Assembly: GCF_032191835.1 (NCBI RefSeq)
Contig: NC_083226.1
Coordinates: 157,294,001 to 157,358,000, forward strand
Source: Heteronotia binoei
Lineage: Eukaryota
Direction of reading: 5' to 3'
Length of the DNA: 64,000 nt
Positions 1 through 20,600 of this stretch are shown piece after piece; position 1 is the first letter of the stretch, and the number at the start of each line of letters is the position of its first letter. The translations under genes and the position numbers were made by a program. Below the pieces are notes generated by a model. The model was not told the DNA's origin. It saw only the letters and a program-made list of their open reading frames with translations, and did no database searches.

Positions 1-97
1 TAATAAGCCTTGGGGGGGGGGGGGAGCAGGCTTCAGTGAGAAACTGAACGATGACCTAATCCTTGAAAACTGAGCAGAAACTCAATTTGTGACTTAC

Positions 98-6765
<6,668 letters not shown>

Positions 6766-7144
6766 CCTAGGAGGCCCCCTCGCCCGGAAAGGCGGTCGGA
6801 GCCCCGCAGCCTCTGCCCTCCTCGCCCGGCACCCGCGTGGCGGTCCAGAAGACAGCCGCAGCCGGCAAGGGGAGGGAACAAGCCAAGCCGGAAGGAACCA
6901 TGTAGGCGTCGAAGCCACTTCCCACCACCGCCGGGTTGGGGGGCGGAGCCGGAGGAGGCGCCGAACAGCGGGCCGCGGGGAATCCCTCGGACGTCATAGA
7001 AGGCCGGGGCCGCCAACGTTCCGAAGCCCCGCCTCGCCTTTTGATGGGATGGAACGCCAGGGACGCGAACATTCCGGGCGGGAGGGGGGTAAGGATCTGC
7101 GGAAAGCGCCGATGCGCTCGCGGCAAGACTGCTCTAGGAACAGC

Positions 7145-9452
7145 GGATGCCAATAGGCTATACATGATTGCCAATAGGGCTAGAGAATGCACACTTGCCC
7201 ATAGAGATTAGTGGAAACCACGCTTGCCCATAGGGAATAATGGAAATTAGGTTTGACCTGCCAGCGATTGCCCATTGTACATGATTGCCAATAAAGAATT
7301 CACGCTTGTGCATAAGGAATAATGAAAATTAGACTGGACTTAAGGACATCGAGAGCCCATAGATTATAAATGGCCAATAAAGAATGCACACTTGCCCATA
7401 GGGAATAATGGACATTAGGCTTCACCTAAGGACAGCAATTGCCCATAGACTAAACATGCTTGCCAATGGAGAATGCTATATTGTCCATAGAGAATGGAAA
7501 GTAGACTTGACCTAAGGACACCAGCCAGGGAGGCAGTGGGGCCCTTGGATGACTAAGGGGTCAAAGGATTACTGAAGGAGGATAGGGAAATGGCTGAGAA
7601 GCTGAATGCATTTTTTGCCTCCGTCTTCACTGTGGAAGATGAGAAGTGTTTGCCCGCTCCAGAACCACTAATTTTGGAAGGGGTGTTGAAAGACCTGAGT
7701 CAGATTGAGGTGACAAAAGAGGAGGTCCTACTACTGATAGACGAATTAAAAACTAATAAGTCACCAGGTTCGGATGGTATACATCCAAGAGTTCTGAAAG
7801 AACTCAAAGTTGAACTTGTGGATCTTCTGACAAAAATCTGTAATCTTTCATTGAAATCTGCCTCCGTTCCTGAGGGCTGGAAGGTAGCAAATGTCACCCC
7901 CACCTTTAAAAAGGGTTCCATAGGAGATCCGGGAAATTACAGGCCAGTCAGTCTGACTTCAATACTGGGAAAGTTGGTAGAAACCATTATCAAGGACAGA
8001 ATGAGTAGGCACATTGATGAACACGGGTTATTGAGGAAGACTCAGCATGTGTTCTGTAAGGGAAGATCTTGCCTCACTAACCTGTTACATTTCTTTGAGG
8101 GGGTGAACAAACATGTGGACAAAGGAGACCTGATAGATGTTGTTTACCTTGACTTCCAAAAAGCTTTTGATAAAGTTCCTCATCAAAGGCTCCTTAGAAA
8201 GCTCGAGAGTCGTAGAGTAAAAGAACAGGTCCTCTTGTGGATCAAAAACTGGCTAATTAATAGGAAGCAGAGAGTGAGTATAAATGGGCAGTCTTCGCAG
8301 TGGAGGACGGTAAGCAGTGGGGTGCCGCAGGGCTCGGTACTGGGTCCCATGCTCTTTAACTTGTTCATAAATGATTTGGAGATGGGAGTGAGCAATGAAG
8401 TGGCCAAGTTTGTGGATGACACTAAATTGTTCAGGGTGCTGAGAACCAGAAAGGATTGTGAGGCACTCCAAAGGGATCTGTTGAGGCTGGGTGAGTGGGC
8501 GTCAACGTGGCAGATGAGGTTCAATGTGGCCAAGTGCAAAGTAATGCACATTGGGGCCAAGAATCCAAGCTACAAATACAAGTTGATGGGGTGTGAACTG
8601 GCAGAGTCTGACCAAGAGAGAGATCTTGGGGTCGTGGTAGATAACTCACTGAAAATGTCAAGACAGTGTTTGATTGCAATAAAAAAGGCCAACGCCATGC
8701 TGGGAATTATTAGGAAGGGAACTGATAACAAATCAGTCAGTATCATAATGCCCCTGTATAAATTGATGGTGCGGTCTCATTTGGAGTACTGTGTGCAGTT
8801 CTCATTGCCGCACCTCAAAAAGGATATTATAGCATTGGAGAAAATCCAGAAAAGGGCAACTAGAATGATTAAAGGGTTGGAACACTTTCCCTATGAAGAA
8901 ATATTGAAATGCTTGGGGCTCTTTAGCTTGGAGAAACGTCGCCTGCGGGGTGACATGATAGAGGTTTACAAGATTATGCATGGGATGGAGAAAGTAGAGA
9001 AAGTAGTTTTCTCCCTTTCTCACAATACAAGAACTCATGGGCATTCGATGAAATTGCTGAGCAGTTGGGTTAGAATGGATAAAAGGAAGTACTTCTTCAC
9101 CCAAAGGGTGATTAACATGTAGAATTCACTGCCACAGGAGGTGGTGGCAGCTACAAGCATAGCCACCTTCAAGAGGGGATTGGATAAAAATATAGAACAG
9201 AGGTCCATCAGTGGCTATTAGCCACAGTGTGTAGATAGATAGATGATAGATATAATTTTTTTGGCCACTGTGTGACCCAGAGTGTTGGACTGGATGGGCC
9301 ATTGGCCTGATCCAACATGGCTTCTCTTATGTTCTTATGACAGTGGCTGCCCATACACTATACATAATTGCCAACAGAGAATGCATGATTCCCCATAGGA
9401 AATAATGGAGATCATGCTTGCCCATAGGGAATAATAGAAATTAGGCTTGACC
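7145..9452. repeat. Degenerate ~88-bp tandem array (7145-7520 and 9340-9452) split by CR1
   Basis: Recurrent ACATGATTGCCAAT...TTGCCCATAGGGAATAATGGAAATTAGG...GACCT unit. Confidence 0.8.
7521..9339 (+). mobile_element. CR1 LINE, 5'-truncated (ORF2 RT region 7590-9122 plus 3'UTR)
   Basis: [42 protein letters not shown]; ends in (TTCTTATG)2; premature TAG at 9120. Confidence 0.95.
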
Positions 9453-11365
9453 TTCAGACCCAGTCCTGTCAGCTCCCTCTTGGGTTGCCAACTCCTGAAG
9501 GGAGCTATTCTTCCTCCTGCCACCAGGGTGCACTGCCACCACCCGCTCAAGTTAGGAGTTCCTGAGAGGAACAGGACTCCCAATCCCCCTTTCCAGTTTT
9601 GAGGCCTGGCCTCGAGGTCCCCTGCCAACCCAGCACCTGGTTATTACAGAGATTAAAGTCCTTCTTTGAGAGACCCCTGGAGGATTGGCACCCTTGCCAA
9701 CTGCATGCCTTCCCCCTTCCTGGGACTCCCCTCTTAACAGCAGCGTGGTCTAAGGTGGTTGGGGAACTTTGTGGTACAGAGCTTTACTGCCAGCCTTCAA
9801 AATAGTAAATGGTTTATTTTTTAAAAAGTGAAAAGTTACAAAGATAATCTTAGCACAGCACACAATCAGCAACCAGATCAAATAAAAGTTGGGCTTGAAA
9901 TGCATCCTTCTGTCCCTGGTTTAAAAACTTGCCCTACCAAATGTTTACGAAGAGCAGGCACATCTAAGCTTAAAGTTACAAAATCTTCTAATACCTCATT
10001 GCTTCAGGCTTCCCGCATCTAGCCAGGCCCAGCTACACGGTCAAAAAAGGCTACTGGCTGGAGAGTAGCAGTCTGTTATCTTCCAATCCCAGCTCCAAGA
10101 GAGAAGAAAAACCCAGTGGTCTTCTGAGCAAGCACTTTTATTAATTCCGACTCCATCCACTTTACATCACTCTTCACCCCTTGTTACCTGGTCTGTTGTC
10201 CCCAGGAAGCCTTTTCTGGGAAGCATTCTGGGAAACCCCTCTGTGTTCTGGGAAATCTCCAGCTTATTCCTGGAGATAATCTCTGGAGCTGGTCTAGCCC
10301 AACACCTTCCCCACTCTGTTTCCTGCCTGGAGGAGAAGGATGCCCATTGTCACTTGTCCCGCCCATCCAAGTAAGTAATCAGGACCAACCCTGCTTATTT
10401 TCCAAGATCTGAAGAGATCGGGCTAACCTGGGATGATCCTGGTCAGGGCAACTCCTATATGCCACGCTACAGATTGAACCGACACCTTACATCCAGCATT
10501 CCCTGCATTCACATATTGGCATGAACCTAGGTCGGTTAATTAGCCCCTAAAGAGGAATTCCATTAGGATCCAATGTGGGTGAAAGCACATTTGCAGTTTG
10601 CTGATTCATTTGCAGCAAACACCCTGCCTACACTACAAGCCACTGCAGAACACACACCATGGAGGGAGCTGGCACACAGAGAGGCCCACATTGGCCACCT
10701 CTGCAGGGTAAGGATGCATGAAGGAAAACTAGCAAGGCATTGGCAATCACAACTCCTCTGCAGAAGAGAAAGTATAAGAACAACTTGCAGCTGATCCGCT
10801 TGTGTCATGTTTCCCCAGGGCTTTTTTTGAGCAGGAAGGCACAGGAACACAGTTCCGACTGGCTTAGTATCAGAGTGTGGCCGAACATGCAAAGGTGGCC
10901 CACAATGGTGATGTCAGGGGGTGTGGCCTAATATGAGTTCCTCCTGGGCCTTTTCTGCCAAAAAAGGCAAGTGTTTCCCAAATGTTAGGAACACTTAGAG
11001 GCAGGACATTCAATTTTTACATGTTTTTGATCATTAAAACTGTAGGTGTAGCTGACAAAGACTGGGAATATTCTTAACACCATAGAGTATTTCTAGACAT
11101 CGGCCAACGTTTGATTTTAATTAGTTATGGACTTTTAATTTGGTAGTGGCACAATTGTTACAAAGTTTATTATGAATGGATTGCTTTTTTATGGTCAAAA
11201 AACCAGTAAAAATAAAGCAACGTTTGAAAAAAATCTCTTCTAAAAATTCAAAACTGATGACGAGCATTGTTTTTTTAAAAAGGTTACTGTACACAAATTA
11301 AGTCACAAAACTGTAGCAAACATCTTCGCTTCATCAAGTCCTGGTTTATTCTTCCTTGGGGCATT

Positions 11366-11632
11366 CTATGCTCCGGTTCTACCAAGCTTCCTCTTTAGCT
11401 TCCTCTGTCGTTGGTACAGTTTGTTCTTCTTTTTCTTCAAGCCAGGTTTTGGATCTGGTTTCACCAGCTGGATTTCTACGGGCTTTTCTTCTGCTGGCAT
11501 TTCAAAAACGGCTTCAGTGGGATCTTCGGGAAGAAGGGCCTTCTCTTCCTTTTTCTTTACCTTCTGCAGCTCTTTCATTTGTTGTTTCTCTTTTAATTTA
11601 GCCGCTGTGGCCAATCTTATCGCCCGCCGATG
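11366..11632 (-). CDS. BRIX1: BRIX1 exon 10 (terminal coding exon)
   Basis: ttttccag|CAT; HRRAIRLATAAKLKEKQQ...PEDPTEAVFEMPAEEKPVEIQLVKP...; TAG at 11368-11366. Confidence 0.95.
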   Translation of the reverse strand, partial: HRRAIRLATAAKLKEKQQMKELQKVKKKEEKALLPEDPTEAVFEMPAEEKPVEIQLVKPDPKPGLKKKKNKLYQRQRKLKRKLGRTGA

Positions 11633-14600
11633 CTGGAAAACAAGAAAACAATGTTAATTGCCCTCACCTGGATAGCCCAGACAAGCCCAATCTCATCAAA
11701 TCTCAGAAACAAAGCAGGGCCAACCCTGGCAAGTACTTGGATGGGAGACCTCCAAGGAATACCAGGGCCAGGACCAGAGGCAGGCAATAGCAAGCCACCT
11801 CTCTGAATGCCCAAGCCCGAGTAGGGGTCACTAGAAGTCAACCATGAGTTCCCGGCAGGCACACAAATGCACACACACAAAATAAAAAAACAAAAATAAA
11901 TAAACAATCATACAAGTTAATCGTGCAATGAAATCGCTATGTTCACGTTGCATTTGGGAACGAAACACATTGATGTTTCACATTAGCCTTAAAATCACTG
12001 GATATATTAATGCTGTTCTTTTTATTTCTATGCCAATAAAGGTATTTGGATTGGATATATTAATGGATTTGCAGCAACCACCTGAGTTTTAATTATTCTA
12101 CTTTATATCCTACCCCCTGAAAAAAAATGAGGACCCTAAAAAGCTTACATCACTCTTCTTTTCTCCTCACAACCCTGAGAGGTAGGTCACACTGAGAGCG
12201 TGTGACATGCCCAAGATCACCCAACAAGCTTCCATGGCAGTGTGAGGATTCAAACCTGGGTCTCCCAGACCCTAGTCAGACAATCTTAGCCACTGCACCA
12301 TGCAGGCTTAACATTAGCTTCCTTTAACTTATTACGTTGTGAAAGCAACGTCACCCCAGAGTTGGAAACGACTGGTGCTCGCACAGGGGACCTTTCCTTT
12401 TTCCTTTAATTTATTAATCTAACAGCATGATTTTGTTGTCTGCTATAAAAGGGAAAGAGTAGACCTCGATCATGGAGTAGCGTCACATGTTGTGGTGCTG
12501 CGTGTATCGCAAGACGCTGCACTTTTGAAAACTGCCTTGCGCCTTTTTGAGTGCATATACCTATGTCAATACTCTGCAATCCTACACACACACAGAGCAC
12601 TTTTGTATTGGCATCTTGGCGAGACCTGGAAGCAATCCTGGGGGCCAAGGTGTGACCAGACCGTGCAGCGCTTACTAGGGGGGCCAGAAATGATAGAATC
12701 ATAGAGTTGGAGGGGCCACACAGGCCATCTAATCCAACCCCCTGCTCAATGCACGACCAGCCTAGAGCATCCCTGACCAGTGTTCATCCAGCTGCTGCCT
12801 GAAAACTGCCAGTGAGGGGGAACTCACCACTTCCCTAGGTAGCTGATCCCACTGCTGAACTAATCTTACTGTCAAGAATTATTTTCCAATATCAAGCTTT
12901 TCCAATATCAAGCATTGATGCAGCAATGGCCCTCTGTAGACATCCAGAAGCTTTTTCATTTTGTTTTTAATGTTTTACTAGACAAACAACCAGTTGCGGC
13001 AAGCACTAGCCCATCTACAGCACAAGCTACACTCAGTCCACCTCAAGAGGCATTATTACCATGTTCGGAGACTGGTAGTGGGGATTTTCATACAGGGTTT
13101 GTCCCCCAAAGCTGCCCCGGAAGATCTTGATCAGGTTCAAGACAAAGCGCGGTCCGATCTCAACCAGGGTGGCGTCTTCTTCTACGATCTGCAACAGAGG
13201 GGGTGAGCATCCTTTGTTTAAACATTTCACTACAAGACACATAAGCACTTGGAGGGGGAACAGATGTTTTATCCAAATAATCCAGAACAATACAATGTTC
13301 ATGCATAGTGAAGAAGCAAGAGATACATGCAATACTCACATACGGTACCTGAAGAATCTGACATTAGCACAAGATCTCTAGCAATGTTATGTGACAGTCT
13401 AACAGCCTTTTAGGCATCAGTGGCTTCAAGGAGCACAACCATTCAGCTATGAAGGGGCTAGAAGGGGAGTTTCCTTTGTGGGAAGGCAGAGCCCTCTCTT
13501 GCCACCGATATAAATACTTCAGAAGCTGAAGTTATGATTTAGTGTACTTTTATGCCAACTAACAAGGCTGAAAGCGGTGTAAAGTATATGCAAAAACTGA
13601 GATCTACACTGGTTAGAGGTATTGGCATCAGGGTATTTACATCAGTACCATGTCTGCTTTCAAAACAGCATATTGCCCCCTCTCAAGCTTTGTTACTATT
13701 TTAAGCATAGATTCAATCAAAGTAAGTGGCTTTCAGAGAATAAGAGATGAATCAATGGGTCAAATAGATACACTGCTCAGTTGGAAAGGAGGGAAATTGA
13801 GAGTGTAAATCTTGGTTATGGGTTTTAACATTATATGTAATAGTAGGAGTTAGGAATTTTGTGTAAGAGGTGATGGGTTTGTTTCTGTTTTTTTATGTTT
13901 TGTTTGTATTTTTAAGCTGGTCAGATGACCGTGAATAAAGAACTACTACTACTACTACTACTACAAATAGATACTGTGTGACGAACTTCTCAACTTCCAG
14001 CCCCTGGAAAACCAGAAGTCTGAAAGTTCTAACCAAGTATTACTTGTGCTTTTCGCATCACTTTTTTTTCCTTTTCATTCCACATCAATAAGGACTAGTC
14101 ACTTAGCTGAGAAACAGGTGACTATTGTAAAGTTATGATTTCTTACGCAGCTTTATTATCATGCTCAGTTGTAAAGTATCAGCCAGAATTGGAGCACTTA
14201 ATGATTCATTTTGTATTAGGCACTTCTCTGGGCAATGTGCTTGTTTCTGTCTTCATACTTTGCTGATTTCACTGCTTCTGTGTCTTTTGTTAAGTTGTGG
14301 TCAACCTGTCATGAAATACCATCCTAGGTGGTATCTCCAAGGTCACACAAGCCATTAGGGAAATGCAAAATTCTAGCTACCTCTATTACCTATACCCAAT
14401 AATTTCTTTAAAAAAAATAGAAGCCCAAAGGCTAGTCTGTTCTACCCAACAGTTATTCAAATCTGTCCACACGGCATTTTTTCAGATCTGAGTGTTACAA
14501 CGGGATCCCATGGTGTGCAAACAAAACTCATTTGCCATCTCCATCCCACAGACAAAGCCGCTAACCTGATAATTTCGAAACCAGATCCTGTGGTCTACTA

Positions 14601-17600
14601 TGGAGAACGTGAAGACGTGATCTACAAAAGGCTGGCTCTTGGGGTGATACTGCGGAGTACTGAAAATCTGGTGGGGGGAAAAAAGAATGGCAATCTTGTT
14701 TATACAACTGAGCTTTAATAAGGTGTCTGGATGAGCAGAATACAGCCTGCACAATATCTTTCTCTGGTCTATTCATGGCTAGCCAAAGCTGGACTCTTTG
14801 TGGACCCCAATGTAACCCATAGCCCAGGCAGTCTTGGTTCCAGGATTCTGAACAGTCACAACATGATGCTTGTATTTATTTATTATTTTATTTTATCAAA
14901 TTTATATCCCACCCTTCCCTGACAGGCTCAGGGCGGCTAACAACAGTTAAAAACCACATCGAATATTAAAAAACAAAATATACATTAAAAACAATTCCAT
15001 ACATTTTCCAACCATAAAAATCCAAGCTGCACGTCTGATTATCTGTATTTGTCCAATGAGACTGTCTGTGCTGTGGGGCATTAGCTACCTCCCCTTAATC
15101 ATTGAGGGCAAGTTTAAATAGTTGGATATTGGATTTATATCCCGCCCTCCACTCCAAATCTCCAAGTGGCTCACAATTTCCTTTATCTTCCTTCCCCACA
15201 ACAGACACCCTGTGAGGTGGGTGGGCTTGAGAGGATTCTCACAGCAGCTGTCCTTTCAAGGACAGCTCTGCAAGAGCTATGGCTCACCGAAGGCCATTTC
15301 AGCAGGTGCAAGTGGAGGAGTGGGGAATCAAACCCGGTTCTCTCAGATAAGAGTCCCCACACTTAACCACTACACCAAACTGGCTCTCTGTAAGTTCAGT
15401 CCCGCAGGACCCTGATGTTTTTGGAAAGGGCATTCCACAGAACGGGGGCTACTGTCGAAAATGGTCTGGCTCTAGTGATGGACTCCAGTGTACCAACATT
15501 CTTACAGTCACAGTGTAGAAGTGCTGGATGGGTGAGGAAATGGAGGTCAAATCCAGCACCTACTCAGTTCATGCTGGTAGAAATGGCACTGAGTCAAGGT
15601 GAACTGGGCTCAAGACACTTCTCTGCTGCCAACCAACCCCCCAGAATCCTATCACTATAATTAGTTCAGCACAAGCAAAGAGGGAAACTGGTGACTGTTA
15701 CATAGTTCAGCATGAACATAAGAGGAGCTTTGTAAAGCTGGAAGCTATAAAACCAATACACAATAACTTCTATGACACCGTGAACAGCAACAGCTCAATG
15801 CTGTAAACTGGCTAGCCCAGGGATTTGGGTAGCACAGAGAACGTGAAGGGGGAAAAGGCATCAGAGCAGCTGGCACTTAAAAATAAAAACAGAGAGCAGT
15901 TCTACTGGTTGCAGAAGTCAGTGACATTTTGTACAGTCCATCGATAAATGAACATCTCTACCCTTTAAAGTGCTTTTGGGGAACAAAACAGATGTCATTC
16001 CCTCCACCTCTTTGATCCCAGTGTTATCACAGAAATTCATGTTGATTCAAGAAATCCAGTTGCAGATATTCTCTAGTGTGTTTGAATATCATTATCAGCA
16101 CTCTGTCTAAACAAGGACCATGCTGCCTCCCTCCCTCTCTCCCTCAGCAAACAAACAAACAAAACTTGGCTTACAACAGGAGGATCAAAATATTTTAAAA
16201 ACCAGACCTGAATAAATAGCTCTTTCAGCAATGCATAATGTGGGTGCCGATCAAAAGCCTGAAAAGAAGAAGTAGCATTTTAGAGCAGAAAAGAAGAAAG
16301 GGAGAGGGAGGCATTAACAAGCAACAAGTTCACAGAAGGTGGCTGGGCGACTTGCCAAAATCGATACTCACTGAATCAAAAGACAGAAGGGGGCGGGAGC
16401 CTCTCAAGCAGTTGCCCGTCATCTTCAGCTCTGCCAGTGTATGAACTGCAACAGCATTAAGTACAATTGTGACGTCTGGCTTTGAAAGATGTTCAGGAAA
16501 GGAGAACTAAAAGGGTTTTCAAAAATGTGGTAGCAACAAGAGACATTGTCAGATTCTTGAACTTACTGTTTTGTACTAAAAACTTGGCTGATGGACCTTG
16601 ATGTGCATTTGAAAGCCTGAAACACATGAGAGACAGAGAAGTCAGTTATATTTTCTTCAAGTCATCAACTGGCCTTTGGTACAATTCTGCAGCCATATGA
16701 TATGCTGTACACCTTCACAAAGAGATTGGGGCTTAACACACACACACACACGAGACTCCCGATAACCAAGGGGACCTGTAAGGCAGGATGACAAATAGGC
16801 ACTGAACTGATGCACAGAAAGACTAACCCTCATGCAAACTTCCACTTTTTGACCCCAGAGTGCCACATGGTGTAGGCTACGTTCCTGTGTGTCTCAGTTT
16901 TTGCATTTGCCCAGAAGGGAAGAACTGCCATGCCTGCTTCCTTCAGATGCCAGCCCAAATCTGGAAGCTGGGTGAAGAGGGGGTATTTGGAATTTCATTT
17001 GAACTGCTGTTGCAGGTGGCAGCACTCATAAACCCACCCATGCAAAAGGGTGCCAGGGGGGGGGGGGGGGGCGGCTGACCTTCTGCATTGAGTTTGCATC
17101 TCCTTCCTGCTCTGAGTCATGTGCTAGGTGAGATATGGTACCTTCAGTGTCCAGCCCAGCACAGAGAATCAGGCAGAAAGGTCCAGAGAAAATAGTAATA
17201 TGGCATTTTCAAGCCCTCCCTGCCACAGGAAATCATGATACGATACTATTTCTTGATTGCTTTATAAAGTTGTCATTAATTATGACCACTCAGGAATGAT
17301 ACAAGTACCCAGCAAAGTGCAAGTATGAACAGAATCCCCCCCCACACACACACTTTACACATATCCATGGGGATGTCAAAAATCAGGCACAGAGGAAAAC
17401 ATTAGTATGTTCCTCACCACATGTAAAGATCCTGTTTCTTCTTTGCTTCAAAAAATATGCATTTGTTGCAATTTTTTATTTCGCAGACCTACATGAAGGA
17501 AGAAGAAAACCAATGCTGCTGAAATGGAAATGCTCCGACATAGCTCACAGAACTACAAGCCCTACTTTCCTTTGCGTCCACTGCCGAATGCTGCAATGCC

Positions 17601-20600
17601 CAATCTGGTTTTGCAACACCCCAGTAGGACATCCATCAGCTCAAGATTGCTTTGAAATTCCCCCAAAATGAAATCCAATACACTTTCATTTAAAAATAAA
17701 TATCTGCCATGCAACATATTTTTTTCCCTGGGTGCTTTCCTAACGTGTAAGTACATTGGCTTGAATCCCCAGAATTCTTCCTACTGTACTACTGACCACC
17801 AATCCCCAGGAGATGAATGTCAGAGAGCACAGCTGGCTGCAACAGGAAAGTCCAAAAATTCCATAGAGCAAATATAATTTAGGCATCAGATTTCATGAGC
17901 GTTACTGTTCCTAACTGAATTCAGTATGATTGACGGTAATAAATGTTTTGTTTTACTCACATGCCATATTTCACACAATGGAATCCTTGCACAAAATTTT
18001 AATATTCAGATTTTGTAATTTAAGTTCTAGTATAGTTATCTGTAAAACTGCAAGTGCAAGACTGAAAAAGTATACTTGTGCTGAAGAATGGTAAATTGTG
18101 AGTTATTTTTAAGTTGCCTCATTCTGAAGACCTTCCAGGACCACACATGCAAGTTATATCAACGATTGTGGAAAAGAGAGCTAAAAATACCAATGATGAC
18201 ACAACAGCTGGATACATGTTGATAACCAACTGCTTTGAACCCTTTATTATCTTTTAAGCCAAGCTTCCCTTTGCCTCTCTCAGATACACTCTTTCCAATT
18301 CAAACAAATATAGAATTGACATATATTACCTCATTGATTACAAAAAGTTTGTCCTTCCTGTCCATTTTGGTGTCTGAAAAGCACAAGAGGAAAAAGTGAA
18401 CTAGAATATGTATTGCTTTGTTTAGTGACTGCATCAATCAACAACACATTGTTTCATCACTTATTAAAGGTTCTGTAGAAATTTGTCACCCTAAACTAGT
18501 TTCAATGTATGTCCCCCAACTGGGTAAAAGACTGGGAATGCTAAAAAACACGGCATCATTTTCCCCAAACCAGCTGCTAGGGTACATGCACAGATTTATA
18601 AGCTAACATGGTGTGGAGACTGAAAGACTGGAGAGAGAAGGACTTCACATGCCATCTTGAGTTCCACAGAGGAAGTACAGCTTCTAAATCCTACTTCTTC
18701 AAAACTGCTTTTTGAAGAGGACGTAGTGCAGCAGCTGAAGACAGGAACTGCACGAGCATCAGGGCCTATATCTCTATTGTTTCCATGTTTACTTTGAAAC
18801 AAAGGAAAAAATATACACCAGTTCGCATAGAAGTCAGCAATATGCTTACCCAATTGTTAAGAAAATGAAAACTTACAGGCCTTAGCAAGGAAAACAAGAG
18901 AAAGTTAAAAATCAAGATACAGAGGGTTTTTTAAAAGATCTACCTGCTTTAGAATGTGGCATCAATGTTCTCAAGTCTTTCATAAGATGTCTGGTCCTAA
19001 AATCTATTCCTCTGGAAGAAAAAATAAGTACTCTTTCTTTGTTTGTCCATTTGCCCTGAAATATATAAAGGCAAATGTAAACAAGATGAACATCAGACCA
19101 CATCAGTAAATGACAGTACCATCCTAAAATGTGTTACAACTTTCTAAGCCCACTGACTTTAATGGATAAAATCACTAGACAACCTTGGACAATACTTAAT
19201 GGCAAGTTTTAATAAAATAGGAGCACTAACAGAAATGTTTCAAAAACCAGATGTTCCAACCAAGCATATGATACTATACAAATAATTTTTGGGGGGACAT
19301 GAGTCTTCAATTTGTTCGCCCAAAGACACCCCCTGTAACTGTTAAAAAGTGAAAGAATTCTGAAAGACTTAATCTGTAGTTCAACTACCAAGGTTCAGCC
19401 GGAGAACAAAAACAGTTCCTCAGAATATACAGAGAGTTTTTTCAGTGCCCAAATAATCACAGCTCAGCTGAACCCCCCACCTCTGCTCCCAACCCTGTGA
19501 TGAACAAGTAGCCCTTCCTAGCTAGAATTTGTAGTTTCTACAAGGCACAAGCACCTGTTGTTCTTTTCAAAATTATTTATGACTCTTTAGTTATACAGAC
19601 AAGGAACACCACAGCAACCAACAAAACCATTTTTGAGTAACAATATATTCAGCCCATTCAGTAATCTGATGGGAGACCACCAAGGAAGCCCAGGATTGCT
19701 ACAGAGGCAGGCAATGGCAAACCACTTCTATACAAATCTCGCCTAGAAAATCTTAAGGGGTCACCATAAGTCTGTGGAAACTTGACAGGGGAGGAAATCA
19801 GCCTTGACAAAGAGTGCAGTAGAACTCCCAAGCTTGCTCATTGTTTTAGTGGTTTCTTATACTACATTTTTAATTACAGTGATGAACATGAAAACAGATA
19901 GGTTTTATAAGACGGTTAGACAGATCCATGGAAGAGAGGTCCTTCAATGGTGACTGAAGGGAGCTGCTATATACCACTGCTAGGAGGTAGCACTGGGGAC
20001 GGCCTCAGCTTTTATACCCAGAGATAGACGGGATGCTGGGCTAGGCGGCCCACTGGTCTGATCCAGAAGAATTTACTATTGTCCTTGTGCTGAGGAAGGA
20101 GACTGTCCTAACGCATCAACACGGCTATCGATGGTCTATTTCTCAGACTCTCACTAAACAAACACTTTTAAAAAATGATCCAGGTGCATAACCGTGTTGG
20201 TCTGAAGAAGCAGAACAAAGTCTGAATTCAGTGGAACCTTTAAGACCAACAAAGGTTTATTCATGGTATAAGCTTTCATGTGCATGCACGCTTCTTCAGA
20301 TACCAAAAAGAAACCTTTCAAGAAAGTACCGAAGAAAACACTGAATTTAAATCCCGCCCTAAACTCTGAATCTCTGAGTTTCAGAGCGGCCTACAATCTC
20401 CTTTACCTTCCCCCCCCCCCTCCGTGATGTGGGTGGGGCTGAGAGGGCTCTCACGGCAGCTGCCCTTTCAAGGACAACTCCTACAAGACCTATGGCTGAC
20501 CCAAGGCCATGCTAGCAGGTGCAAGTGGAGGAGTGGGGAATCAAACTCAGATAAAAGTCCGCATACTTAACCACTACACCAAACTGGCTCTCAACCGCGT

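Noticed and set aside
7145-7520. CRISPR-like repeat-spacer array
   Set aside because: Eukaryotic context, degenerate units without unique spacers, and no cas genes.
12340-12690. CpG-containing stretch in BRIX1 intron 9 considered as a snoRNA or small gene
   Set aside because: No convincing C/D or H/ACA box arrangement; the start resembles an RTE-type SINE tail, and the ORFs have no recognisable homology.
14515-14718. Plus-strand 67-aa ORF (KPDPVVYYGEREDVIYKRL...)
   Set aside because: Antisense shadow of BRIX1 exon 8.
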